Shown: piece after piece, positions 16,523-25,319 of the stretch
Layout: every line of letters starts with the position of its first letter
How positions within the stretch are numbered: position 1 is the first letter of the stretch
From: Alphaproteobacteria bacterium
GTDB taxonomy: Bacteria; Pseudomonadota; Alphaproteobacteria; UBA9219
DNA: 64,000 nt
NCBI GenBank assembly: GCA_034002905.1
Contig: JAVEZQ010000006.1
Coordinates: 8,337-72,336, forward strand
Direction of reading: 5' to 3'
Notes under the pieces: model-generated
Told to the model about the DNA's origin: nothing
Database searches by the model: none
What the model saw: only the letters and a program-made list of their open reading frames with translations
Program-made: the position numbers and the translations under genes

Positions 16523-19504
16523 ATGCTCAATATTCTGGATAATTTTCTTGCTTCTATCCTCGTTGCCGCCAAGCAGCCTATCGAGTCGTTTATCCAGCTG
16601 GAAACGGCTGATGACAATACAACCTTGGTGGCTGCTGATGGGTCGATGGTTTCGATTCTTCAGGTCCATGGAACGAGGCTGATTATCGGTGATGCCGAGT
16701 ATCAGTGGATTATCGATCAGGCAACAACAAAACTTGGGGCGCGTTTTGATCGTCCCGGTTATGCGTTGCAGGTTTACTTCATGCGCGATTCCAAAATGGT
16801 TGGGCATGACCTTTCGATGGCAATGAAAAACAATCGCGTATCAGCCAAGGCGTTGGAACTTGATCTGGATGATTTGCTTGATGAAAGGTTAAACCATTTA
16901 TCCAAGCATCTTGCGCATGAAGAGATATTTTTTGTCCTTTGGACGCGTCCCTCCGCAGTCAACAAAACTGAACTGGACGAAGCGGTGCGTATGCGCCGTT
17001 CTCAGAAGTGGGTGGTCGCTAATGATGCGCAGCATCCGTTGGCTGCGCTTGAGCCGCTTCGTATACGCCATAAAAGTTACGTGACCTCCATTATGGCGGC
17101 GCTTGACGATGTGGCCGTTCGGGCGACGGTTTGCGATGTACATAGTGCACTCGCATCTGTTCATGCCAGTCTTTATCCAACAACGGGTCATGAAAACTGG
17201 CGCGCCAATCTTCCGGGCGATCCGCTCCTACCGCGTGCAGGAGAAAACGAGGCGGATTTGTCTGACGTTTTGTGGCCGCCGATCGGGCGCCAGCTTTGTA
17301 CGGGTGATGCCGAAGTTATCACGCCATCTATTGTTCGGATTGGCGATCTGTATTGGGCTTCGGTTGACATGACCCTTGGCCCTGCGGATCCGTCACCCTT
17401 TACAAATCTTCTGAATCGTCTGATCGATAGCGATGTTCCGTTTCAGATTTCGCTGTTGATCGAAAGCGGCGGTGCCTATGGAACGGGTTTCCGAACCTTT
17501 GCTGCAGCCGTGTTGGCGTTTACGAACGAAGTCAATCGCCAGATCCGTGAATCGCTCAAGGCTTTGGCCGAGCTGGCTCAGAGCGAACCTGTTGTTCGTC
17601 TTCGTGTTTCCATCTCTACTTATGCGCCAGTACGGGAGATCAAGCTGATCGAAGCACGTATGGCGGCGCTCATTCAAGCGCTGGAATCGTGGGGCTACTG
17701 TCAGGCTTCGGCGGCTGGGGGAGATCCGTTACAAACGCGTTTGTCTTCGGCCTTGGGCATCGCTTGCGCCTCGACAGCACCGGCTGCGATTGCGCCGCTC
17801 TATGATGTGATTAAACTTTTGCCGTGGCAACGTGCCTCTTCGCCCTTTTCAGAAGGTCCTATCGTGTTCCGCACGCCGGATGGACGTATTTTTCCGTATC
17901 AGACAGGAAGTTCGCTGACAACAACTTGGTTTGACCTGATCTTCGCCCAGCCCGGTTCAGGTAAATCGGTTTTAATGAACGCCATGAATCTCGGCACTAT
18001 TTTGGCGGCGGGGAATACGCGCTTGCCTTTCATTGCTATTTTGGACATTGGGCCTTCGTCGTCGGGGTTGATTTCGCTTATACGTGACGCGCTTCCGCTC
18101 GAAAGACGCCATGAGGCGATGCATTTTAAACTCAAAATGTCGCCCGAATACGCGGTCAATCCTTTTGATACGCAGCTCGGATGTCGTTATCCCTTGCCCG
18201 AAGAACGGTCTTATTTGATTGAATTGCTTACTTTGCTGTGCACGCCTCCCGGGCAAGCTGCGCCTTATGACGGGATGACACAGTTGGTTGGCTTGTGCGT
18301 CGACGAGATGTATCGCTGGCGCGATGACAGTGGCGCTAACTCGGAGCCGCGCCCCTATCTTGTCAATGTTGAGGCCGATGTTGATGCGGCGCTGAGTAAA
18401 CACAACATTCATTTGCCCGTCGATCCCTATTGGTGGGATGTTGTTGACGCGCTTTATGACGTCGGAGCTTATCACGAATGTACCTTGGCGCAACGCCATG
18501 CTGTGCCGACGCTTGTTGATGCTGTGACGGCCGCCCGTCGTCCGCAAATTCGGGCTTTGCTTGAAGAAACCTCGATCGGTGGATCGGCGGAGTCGGTTAT
18601 TCATGCGTTTGATCGTATGATTGCCTCCGCTGTTCGTGAATTCCCGATTTTGGCGTCGATAACGCGCTTTGATATCGGGACAACCCGAGTTGCGGCCGTT
18701 GACTTGCAAGATGTTGCCCCGCAAGGTGATGACACCGCAGATCGACAGACCTCGGTCATGTATATGTTGGCACGGCATGTTCTGATCCGTTCGTGGTGGT
18801 TGGGTCAGGAGTCGTTGCGGCTTATCCCGGAAAAATTCCGCTCGTATCACGAGTCGCGTTTGCGTGACATCCGTGAATGTCCCAAACGTCTGTGCTTTGA
18901 CGAATTCCATCGCACGAGCAAAACAAAAGCTGTGCGGGCTCAGGTCATTCGTGACGTGCGCGAAGGCCGCAAATGGGGTGTGCAGATTGTTTTGGCTTCC
19001 CAGCTTCTTGATGATTTCAGCGACGACATGGTTGATATGGCAACAGGCGTGTGGATTTGCGGTACGGCGGTGTCCGAGCGGGCAATTGAGGCAACGGCCG
19101 AACGTTTCGGCCTATCCGATACGGCACGATTGGTTATGCGCTACAAGCTGACGGGTCCACGTGCCAACGGTGCGCCGGTTCTTATGCTGCTTAGCACGAA
19201 CGAAGGACGTTACGAACATCACCTAATCAACACATTGGGCCCGATTGAGCTGTGGGCTTTGTCTACGTCGCGTGAAGACGTTGATCTTCGCACGCGTCTT
19301 TACGATGCCTTGGGGGCGCCAATGGCACGTCAGGTTTTGGCGCGCATCTTCCCGAACGGTTCGGCTCGACAGGAAATTCGCCGTCGTATAGTCCAGCGCA
19401 TGGATGTCGGCGATGTTGAGCGGGCCGGGACGAGTATTGTTATTAGCGAAATGGCGGAAGAGCTGATCAAAACGGCCCGCGAAGCACGTCTTGTCGAGGA
19501 TTAG
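16523..19504 (+). CDS. icmB: T4BSS ATPase IcmB/DotO (TraU family, VirB4-like)
   Basis: About 1000 aa, matching the ~1009 aa of Legionella IcmB. The N-terminus ...FIQLETADDNTTLVAADGSMVSILQVHG is typical of IcmB/TraU, and the Walker A is FAQPGSGKSVLMNAMN. It is followed by icmP and icmO homologs. An ATG at 16523 with GGAGA 11 nt upstream is preferred over the GTG at 16478. Confidence 0.85.
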   Translation: MLNILDNFLASILVAAKQPIESFIQLETADDNTTLVAADGSMVSILQVHGTRLIIGDAEYQWIIDQATTKLGARFDRPGYALQVYFMRDSKMVGHDLSMAMKNNRVSAKALELDLDDLLDERLNHLSKHLAHEEIFFVLWTRPSAVNKTELDEAVRMRRSQKWVVANDAQHPLAALEPLRIRHKSYVTSIMAALDDVAVRATVCDVHSALASVHASLYPTTGHENWRANLPGDPLLPRAGENEADLSDVLWPPIGRQLCTGDAEVITPSIVRIGDLYWASVDMTLGPADPSPFTNLLNRLIDSDVPFQISLLIESGGAYGTGFRTFAAAVLAFTNEVNRQIRESLKALAELAQSEPVVRLRVSISTYAPVREIKLIEARMAALIQALESWGYCQASAAGGDPLQTRLSSALGIACASTAPAAIAPLYDVIKLLPWQRASSPFSEGPIVFRTPDGRIFPYQTGSSLTTTWFDLIFAQPGSGKSVLMNAMNLGTILAAGNTRLPFIAILDIGPSSSGLISLIRDALPLERRHEAMHFKLKMSPEYAVNPFDTQLGCRYPLPEERSYLIELLTLLCTPPGQAAPYDGMTQLVGLCVDEMYRWRDDSGANSEPRPYLVNVEADVDAALSKHNIHLPVDPYWWDVVDALYDVGAYHECTLAQRHAVPTLVDAVTAARRPQIRALLEETSIGGSAESVIHAFDRMIASAVREFPILASITRFDIGTTRVAAVDLQDVAPQGDDTADRQTSVMYMLARHVLIRSWWLGQESLRLIPEKFRSYHESRLRDIRECPKRLCFDEFHRTSKTKAVRAQVIRDVREGRKWGVQIVLASQLLDDFSDDMVDMATGVWICGTAVSERAIEATAERFGLSDTARLVMRYKLTGPRANGAPVLMLLSTNEGRYEHHLINTLGPIELWALSTSREDVDLRTRLYDALGAPMARQVLARIFPNGSARQEIRRRIVQRMDVGDVERAGTSIVISEMAEELIKTAREARLVED

Positions 19505-19692
19505 TATGGTTAATAGGGGCCAAAAGGGGTTGTAGCAAGTAATTGCTTCAGGCAAGTTACCCTCTTTGTCACAGATATGAGCGCTACCGCCCTTTTTTGA
19601 GGTGTGATAGTGTTTCGTTATGAGTATGAATAGGCATAAAGTGTTCTTGCATGCCGGGGGCGCGAGATTGAACGTGATTGGGGCTTAAGAAA

Positions 19693-20922
19693 ATGGCTGG
19701 GAGCAACGAAGATCCAACAACAACTTTTCTTTTGGTTTTGGGGGTATTTGGCCTATTGGGTTATGCCGTTTGGTATTTCTTTCGCATAGAGATATTGACC
19801 GCTATCCAATATATCAGGCTTGTTGAGTTGGCTCCTCTGGCATTGTTCAGTGATCACGTCCAATATTGCGTCTCGTGGCTTAAAAATGCCTCTGTGACGA
19901 GTGAAGTTCCCTCGGATGACGTTATTATGGCCACGCGCGGTTGTTTTGGGGCTAGTCGTGTTGCAAGCATGCCCGTCATTGACGCCATGAATTATTATAC
20001 GGTGACGCCCAAGAGTTTGGGAGAAATTGGGCGCTTGCTTGGCTCGTTTGTGCGCTGGCCCTTGGTGATTGCTTGCTGTGGCGTGGCGTATTTCGCTTTG
20101 TACAAGTCCAAGCGCAATGGGTTTCGCGTCAAATATGATCTGGAGGGCTTTATCAAGATTCAGGGATTGGTTTGGCCTATCATTGCGCCTATCGTCAAAT
20201 TTAACCCGGCCAAGGCAAGCTCTCGTGTTCCGGGACAGCTTGTTCCGGCTAAATTGCCGACCTTTGCGGAGGCTCTGTCTCCTGAAGAATGGCTTGCCAT
20301 GCACGTCATTCCCGTCAATAAAAACGTGCCCCAAAAAGAAGCCGTTCATGCGGCTTTCCTCAAGCAGCTTGGGCCGCGCTGGACTGGGATCGACGATTTG
20401 CCGCCTTATATGCGGGCTCTTTTTGCCGCGTTTGCGCTTAAAGGCGCGCAGAAGCGGGATGAAAGCGATGAGTTTTTGGGGCGAATTGCAACTTGTTGGA
20501 GTCCAAAGGGAGGGTTTCGTATGACGCCGCCCATTGCCGCCGAGGTCAAGAAAATTTTGAAGGACCCAGAAATCGGAGGAAAGGCTTTAGAGGTAGCTTC
20601 GAAACATGCTTACCGTACGACGGCGATGTTGGGCGTTTTGAAATGGGCGCGCTTTATGGGGGGTGTTTTGGCTTCGGCAAGCTTCCTGTGGCTGCGTGGG
20701 GTGGATCGTGATTTGTGGTATGCCGCTAACAATTTGGGACGCCGCTCTTTTCATACAGAAGGGGCCGGTGCGCTGGCGCATTTTATGGCCGAGGATTTGG
20801 CCGGCAAGCCTCTGATGGTGCCCCGTCTTGAAACGGCCATTATATCTATCAACAAATATATGGGTGAAAACGCGGTTCAAATACCCCCGTCCGAGAACGT
20901 ACAGCAGAAAGAAGCCGTCTGA
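19693..20922 (+). CDS. icmP: T4BSS coupling-complex membrane protein IcmP/DotM (TrbA family)
   Basis: 409 aa from the ATG at 19693, with N-terminal TM helices (FLLVLGVFGLLGYAVWYFF). The blocks LVWPIIAPIVKFNP and FLWLRGVDRDLWYAANNLGRR...GALAHFMAE match what I recall of DotM. It is in synteny with icmO. Confidence 0.75.
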   Translation: MAGSNEDPTTTFLLVLGVFGLLGYAVWYFFRIEILTAIQYIRLVELAPLALFSDHVQYCVSWLKNASVTSEVPSDDVIMATRGCFGASRVASMPVIDAMNYYTVTPKSLGEIGRLLGSFVRWPLVIACCGVAYFALYKSKRNGFRVKYDLEGFIKIQGLVWPIIAPIVKFNPAKASSRVPGQLVPAKLPTFAEALSPEEWLAMHVIPVNKNVPQKEAVHAAFLKQLGPRWTGIDDLPPYMRALFAAFALKGAQKRDESDEFLGRIATCWSPKGGFRMTPPIAAEVKKILKDPEIGGKALEVASKHAYRTTAMLGVLKWARFMGGVLASASFLWLRGVDRDLWYAANNLGRRSFHTEGAGALAHFMAEDLAGKPLMVPRLETAIISINKYMGENAVQIPPSENVQQKEAV

Positions 20923-20947
20923 AACCAATAATACTTAGGGTGTCGAA

Positions 20948-21496
20948 ATGAAGTTTGTTTTGAAGAATGAGTCCGCAGCAAAGGCCTCTGTTGTGTGGCG
21001 TAACAAAACGCCGTGCCTTCTCGTTCATTTTTACGCCAGCACCCCCCCGATGGTTTGGCAAATGGATTTAGAGAAAGCGTCTAATACAGCGATCTTGCTT
21101 CAGGAAAAAGATGGTCTCTGGTGTTTTGGCTATGGGGAGCCGGGAAAGGATTTTACGGTTGTTGCCAAGTTCAGCAACCGGATTGATGCAGAGGACGCCT
21201 ATCAAAGGATTCAAAAAGTCATCGACAAGGGGGAGGGAATGTCCTTCCGCCGTGTAGCCAATATGATCTTTTATCTTGTGTTGATCTTTTTTATTTTGTC
21301 CCTCTTTTTTGGGCCAAAGGCCCGCGATGCGATGGAGCTCGCGCCGGAAAACGCAGCGGCTCCGGCAACGCCGGCCGTGCAGGGCTTTCAGTTTGGTGGA
21401 GGGGAGCCGCAAAGCGCCCCGGCGGCAGAGGAAGATCAAAGCAAGAAATTTGGTGTTCCGCTGGATGCGGACTCCGTTTTGCCATCAGCGCCTTAA
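20948..21496 (+). CDS. Hypothetical single-pass membrane protein inserted between icmP and icmO
   Basis: 182 aa, comprising a ~100-aa soluble N-domain, one TM helix (MIFYLVLIFFILSLFFG) and an Ala/Pro/Glu-rich tail. It is on the same strand with short gaps to both neighbours (25 nt and 39 nt). I recognised no family. Confidence 0.55.
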   Translation: MKFVLKNESAAKASVVWRNKTPCLLVHFYASTPPMVWQMDLEKASNTAILLQEKDGLWCFGYGEPGKDFTVVAKFSNRIDAEDAYQRIQKVIDKGEGMSFRRVANMIFYLVLIFFILSLFFGPKARDAMELAPENAAAPATPAVQGFQFGGGEPQSAPAAEEDQSKKFGVPLDADSVLPSAP

Positions 21497-21535
21497 GAGA
21501 GGCGACGCGGGCAGCGGAGTTAAGGAGAAGAAGAC

Positions 21536-23968
21536 ATGGTCCTTTTAAAGAAACATACCGTCAATTATCGCGATTTTATTCGCGATGTCAGGCCGGCTTC
21601 GGTGCGGTTCCGTGATTACTGGAACCAGACTCAGCCATTGGCCATGATCGCGCTTGTCATGGCCGGTGCGATGGTTTTTATGCCTCAGTTTTTGGGGCTG
21701 GCGGACTTCTTTGCCTTCTTTTTGTTTATCTATGCGCGCTGGGTTTTAAGGGCAAATATCGAATTACCACTCAAGATGCCGAAATATGCCGCTCCGCTGC
21801 CGGATTTGCATAATCCGACACCGGGCAAAAAGGGAGCGGGAAAGTCCGAAGGCATCTTGTATCTGGGCAATCTTGATGATCCTGAAGATCCTTATCATCA
21901 GGGCGAGTTGTGGTTGACCAACACCGATGCGCGTACGCATATGCTGTTTATCGGCACGACTGGTTCCGGTAAGACCGAAGGGCTCAAATCGATTGTTGCC
22001 AATGCGCTGACATGGGGATCAGGCTTTGTCTACATTGACGGCAAGGCCGATACTGATTTGTGGGCATCGCTTTTTGCCCTCGCGCGGCGCTTTGGCCGTG
22101 ATGACGATTTGCTTATCTTAAATTATATGACCGCGAACTCCGATGATGGCGCGGTCTCCAATACGATGAACCCGTTCTCGAACGGGTCAGCCTCTTATTT
22201 GACCAACATGGTTGTCAGCCTTATGCCGGATGCAGGTGGCGATAACGCGATGTGGAAAGAGCGAGCTGTGGCGCTGATGGGGGCCTTGATGCCTGCTTTG
22301 ACATGGAAGCGTGATCGTGGCGAATTGCTTTTTGACGTTAGCACGTTGCGTGATTACATCGAGTTGCCGGCCATTATTCGTTTGTCACGTGATCCTAATT
22401 TGCCCGAGCGCATTATTCGTGCCTTGCAGGGGTATTTGACGACTTTGCCGGGGTATATGGATGCTGCCTTTGATGATGAAGGTAACGAGCGTCCGCCTTC
22501 GCCGGATCAACCGATGTATGATCTTCAGGTCGCGCGACAACAGCACGGTTATCTGTCGATGCAGTTTACGCGTTCTCTGCAATCTTTGGCGGATGATTAT
22601 GGCTATATCTTCCGTGCGCAGCTTGCGGATGTCGATGTCTTGGATACGGTGCTTAACCGCCGCATTCTTATCGGGTTGATTCCGTCTTTGGAAAAATCGG
22701 GCGACGAGGCGGCGAACCTTGGTAAAATCGTTGTGGCCTGTTTAAAGGGCATGATGGGCGCTACGCTGGGGAATACGGTTGAAGGCGGCTGGGAGGCTGC
22801 AATCGGCAGCAAGCAAACGCGTTCTTCTTCCTCCTTTATGACTGTTTTCGACGAGGTCGGTTACTATACGGCGCAGGGTATGGCTGTTATGGCGGCGCAG
22901 GCTCGTTCGCTTGGCTTCTCGCTGATCTTTGCGGCACAGGATTTGCCGTCCATGGAAAAGCGCGTCAAGCAAGAAGCGCAATCCATTTTGGCCAACTGTA
23001 ACCTCAAGATATTTGGCAAGCTCGAAGATCCCGGTGACACGAAGAAGTTCTTTGAAGAACATGCCGGTGATAACTTCGTTATGGATTCGGGAGGGATGAG
23101 CGCAAAGGTTGATACGCTCTCCGGCCTGTTTATGAGCAAGCCCTTCTATGACAACATGGGAACAACGGGTCTCGTCCCTCGTAAACGCGCTGTTTATGAC
23201 CATTTGCGTGGCCAGCGTGAAGGTGAAGTCCACATGTTCTTTGCCGATTATTTGTGTAAGGCCCGTATGTTCTATGCGCGCGCCGAGCCGGTCAAGGCTT
23301 TGCGTGTGCATAAGCTTTTGCCGGTCCAGAACACCACGGACCCGCTAAAGAACAGGGAACGTATCATTAACGAAGTCGCCGCTCGGCTGAATTCGGATGA
23401 ATGGAAGGCGGCGGATGTTGCTCCTTCTCCCAAGACACCGCCGGAGATTTTCCGTCTGGCAGATGTGCTTGGCGAGGCGTCGGAGCAGGGCAAGCTTTCG
23501 CCTGAAGCAGCGGCGCGTGCTGTTGGGGGCTTGCATGAAGTGGTCACGGAATCGCGTAGCCTGTTTGGTGGGCAAGGGGATGGCGTTGCGCCATCTGCGG
23601 AAGCGCCGTCGCCACAAGCTGCATCATCACCAGTAACTGATAAAACGACGCCAGCAACCAAAACGGTCAATGTTGGCCTTTCTTGGGGCGGGAATGCGCC
23701 GCCGACCGCGACAAAACAGGCGAACATTATTCAGGAAACGCCGGTCAGCGAACAAGCTGATGAAAAAATGATGCCCGCAACAGTTGGACAACATGGCTAT
23801 ATGCCTCAGGACATCGACATGGGCGTTGTGCCTCAAATGGAGACCGAGACAGAAAGCGAAGACGTCACGAAGTTAAAGTTGCCAGAGGATCTGTCGGGAT
23901 ATATCGAAAGCATGGCGGAAAAGTTTAATGCTGGGTTGGGTGATACCGATACGCAGCGAAAAGAATAA
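21536..23968 (+). CDS. icmO: T4BSS type IV coupling protein IcmO/DotL (TrbC/VirD4-like ATPase)
   Basis: 810 aa with two N-terminal TM helices, the segment LPLKMPKYA and Walker A FIGTTGSGKTEGLK. The last ~200 aa form a low-complexity tail. The size and order match DotL (~783 aa). Confidence 0.85.
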   Translation: MVLLKKHTVNYRDFIRDVRPASVRFRDYWNQTQPLAMIALVMAGAMVFMPQFLGLADFFAFFLFIYARWVLRANIELPLKMPKYAAPLPDLHNPTPGKKGAGKSEGILYLGNLDDPEDPYHQGELWLTNTDARTHMLFIGTTGSGKTEGLKSIVANALTWGSGFVYIDGKADTDLWASLFALARRFGRDDDLLILNYMTANSDDGAVSNTMNPFSNGSASYLTNMVVSLMPDAGGDNAMWKERAVALMGALMPALTWKRDRGELLFDVSTLRDYIELPAIIRLSRDPNLPERIIRALQGYLTTLPGYMDAAFDDEGNERPPSPDQPMYDLQVARQQHGYLSMQFTRSLQSLADDYGYIFRAQLADVDVLDTVLNRRILIGLIPSLEKSGDEAANLGKIVVACLKGMMGATLGNTVEGGWEAAIGSKQTRSSSSFMTVFDEVGYYTAQGMAVMAAQARSLGFSLIFAAQDLPSMEKRVKQEAQSILANCNLKIFGKLEDPGDTKKFFEEHAGDNFVMDSGGMSAKVDTLSGLFMSKPFYDNMGTTGLVPRKRAVYDHLRGQREGEVHMFFADYLCKARMFYARAEPVKALRVHKLLPVQNTTDPLKNRERIINEVAARLNSDEWKAADVAPSPKTPPEIFRLADVLGEASEQGKLSPEAAARAVGGLHEVVTESRSLFGGQGDGVAPSAEAPSPQAASSPVTDKTTPATKTVNVGLSWGGNAPPTATKQANIIQETPVSEQADEKMMPATVGQHGYMPQDIDMGVVPQMETETESEDVTKLKLPEDLSGYIESMAEKFNAGLGDTDTQRKE

Positions 23969-23990
23969 ATTGTCTCTTTCGAGAATTGTT

Positions 23991-24017
23991 AAAAAGGGGG
24001 GCTTTGCTCCCCTTTTT
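23991..24017 (+). terminator. Rho-independent terminator after icmO
   Basis: The sequence aaaaaggggggc-ttt-gctcccctttttt gives a 7-bp stem with one G-U pair, followed by a T-run. Confidence 0.6.
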
Positions 24018-24115
24018 ACATGGGTCTATCAAACGACCTTGCCCATTTACAGCCGCCTATGATACAGGAATGAACGGCTTCAAAAGCGGCGTACGCCTTA
24101 GCGGAAAGGAAAGCG

Positions 24116-25165
24116 ATGCGCATTCTTCAGATCATGGCTGGACGAGGACAGGGCGGGGCGGAAACCTATTCCGTTGATGTGATGTTGAGTCTGCATGCCG
24201 CTGGTGTGGATCAATGCGTTGTCGTGGCGCCTGATGCCCCCCGCACAGTCGAGCTGATCGCTGCGGGATTGCGTGTGAACACGGACGTTCTGCGTTCACG
24301 CTTTCGCTTTATTCGACGTTGGCGTCTGGCGCAGCTGATTGCAACGGAGAAACCTGACCTTATTCATTGCTGGATGCGTCGGGCGGCTTCGCTTATCCCA
24401 TCTTGGAAAGATGGGCCCGTCATTGGCTGGTTTGGTGGCTATTACGATCCTGCAAACTTTAAGCGATGCACCCAGTTCGTTGGCGTGACGCAGGGGATTG
24501 TCGATCATATGCGGCAGAAAGGCGTCCCCGCCGAACATTCGCACTATGTCCCGACTTTTCCGGATGTGCGGGACGAAGCTCCTGTTGATCGCACCACACT
24601 GGACACGCCGCATGGCGCACCTGTTGTTCTCGCCCTTTCCCGTCTTCATCCCAAAAAGGGGCTCGACACGCTTTTGAAAGCAGCCGCACAAATTGAAGGG
24701 CTCTATGTTTGGCTTGCGGGTGAGGGGCCTCTTCGGCAAGAGCTTGAAAAACTCACGCGTAAGCTTGGCCTTACAGAACGCGTGCGGTTTTTGGGGTGGC
24801 GAACAGATCGGGGGGCGCTTTTGCGTTCCGCTGATATATGCGCTTTGCCGTCTCGTTATGAACCCTTCGGAACCGTTATTCTGGAGGCGTGGGCAGCTGG
24901 CACCCCCTTTGTTGCGGCTATGAGCGCGGGACCTGCGGCGCATGTCCTTGATGGAGAAAATGGGCTGCTTGTCCCTATTGATGATGTGGATGCTCTCACT
25001 TCGGCCCTTCGTCGCGTGATAGAGGATGAGCCTTTGCGCCGCCGCATCATTGTCAACGGGTTTGATACATATTCCCGTACATACACACGTAAAGCGGTTA
25101 CCGAGCGCATCATTGCGTTATACCAAAGGATGATTGCTTCCTTTTCCGGTCGTTCTGCGGTTTGA
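24116..25165 (+). CDS. Glycosyltransferase family 4 (GT-B fold, RfaG-like)
   Basis: 349 aa. The N-terminus is MRILQIMAGRGQGGAE, and the C-terminal EX7E region is EPFGTVILEAWAAGTPFVAA. Confidence 0.8.
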   Translation: MRILQIMAGRGQGGAETYSVDVMLSLHAAGVDQCVVVAPDAPRTVELIAAGLRVNTDVLRSRFRFIRRWRLAQLIATEKPDLIHCWMRRAASLIPSWKDGPVIGWFGGYYDPANFKRCTQFVGVTQGIVDHMRQKGVPAEHSHYVPTFPDVRDEAPVDRTTLDTPHGAPVVLALSRLHPKKGLDTLLKAAAQIEGLYVWLAGEGPLRQELEKLTRKLGLTERVRFLGWRTDRGALLRSADICALPSRYEPFGTVILEAWAAGTPFVAAMSAGPAAHVLDGENGLLVPIDDVDALTSALRRVIEDEPLRRRIIVNGFDTYSRTYTRKAVTERIIALYQRMIASFSGRSAV

Positions 25166-25319
25166 TTGTTGCGTCTTCCGGCAAAAAGAACACCCTTTGC
25201 AAGAAGAGGCTGACAACTCGGTATGGTTAATGGTAAAAGAGGATGCCTTCTCTTGCGCCTTTTTCGGTCTTCTGCTCGAAAAAAGCGTGAATTTTTATTA
25301 AATATCAAACTGATAGGAT

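Noticed and set aside
17972-18910. A 312-aa ORF antisense to icmB
   Set aside because: It lies entirely inside the well-supported icmB frame. The product is Arg/Asn-rich and low in complexity, with no recognisable motifs. It is a typical shadow ORF of a moderately GC-rich gene.
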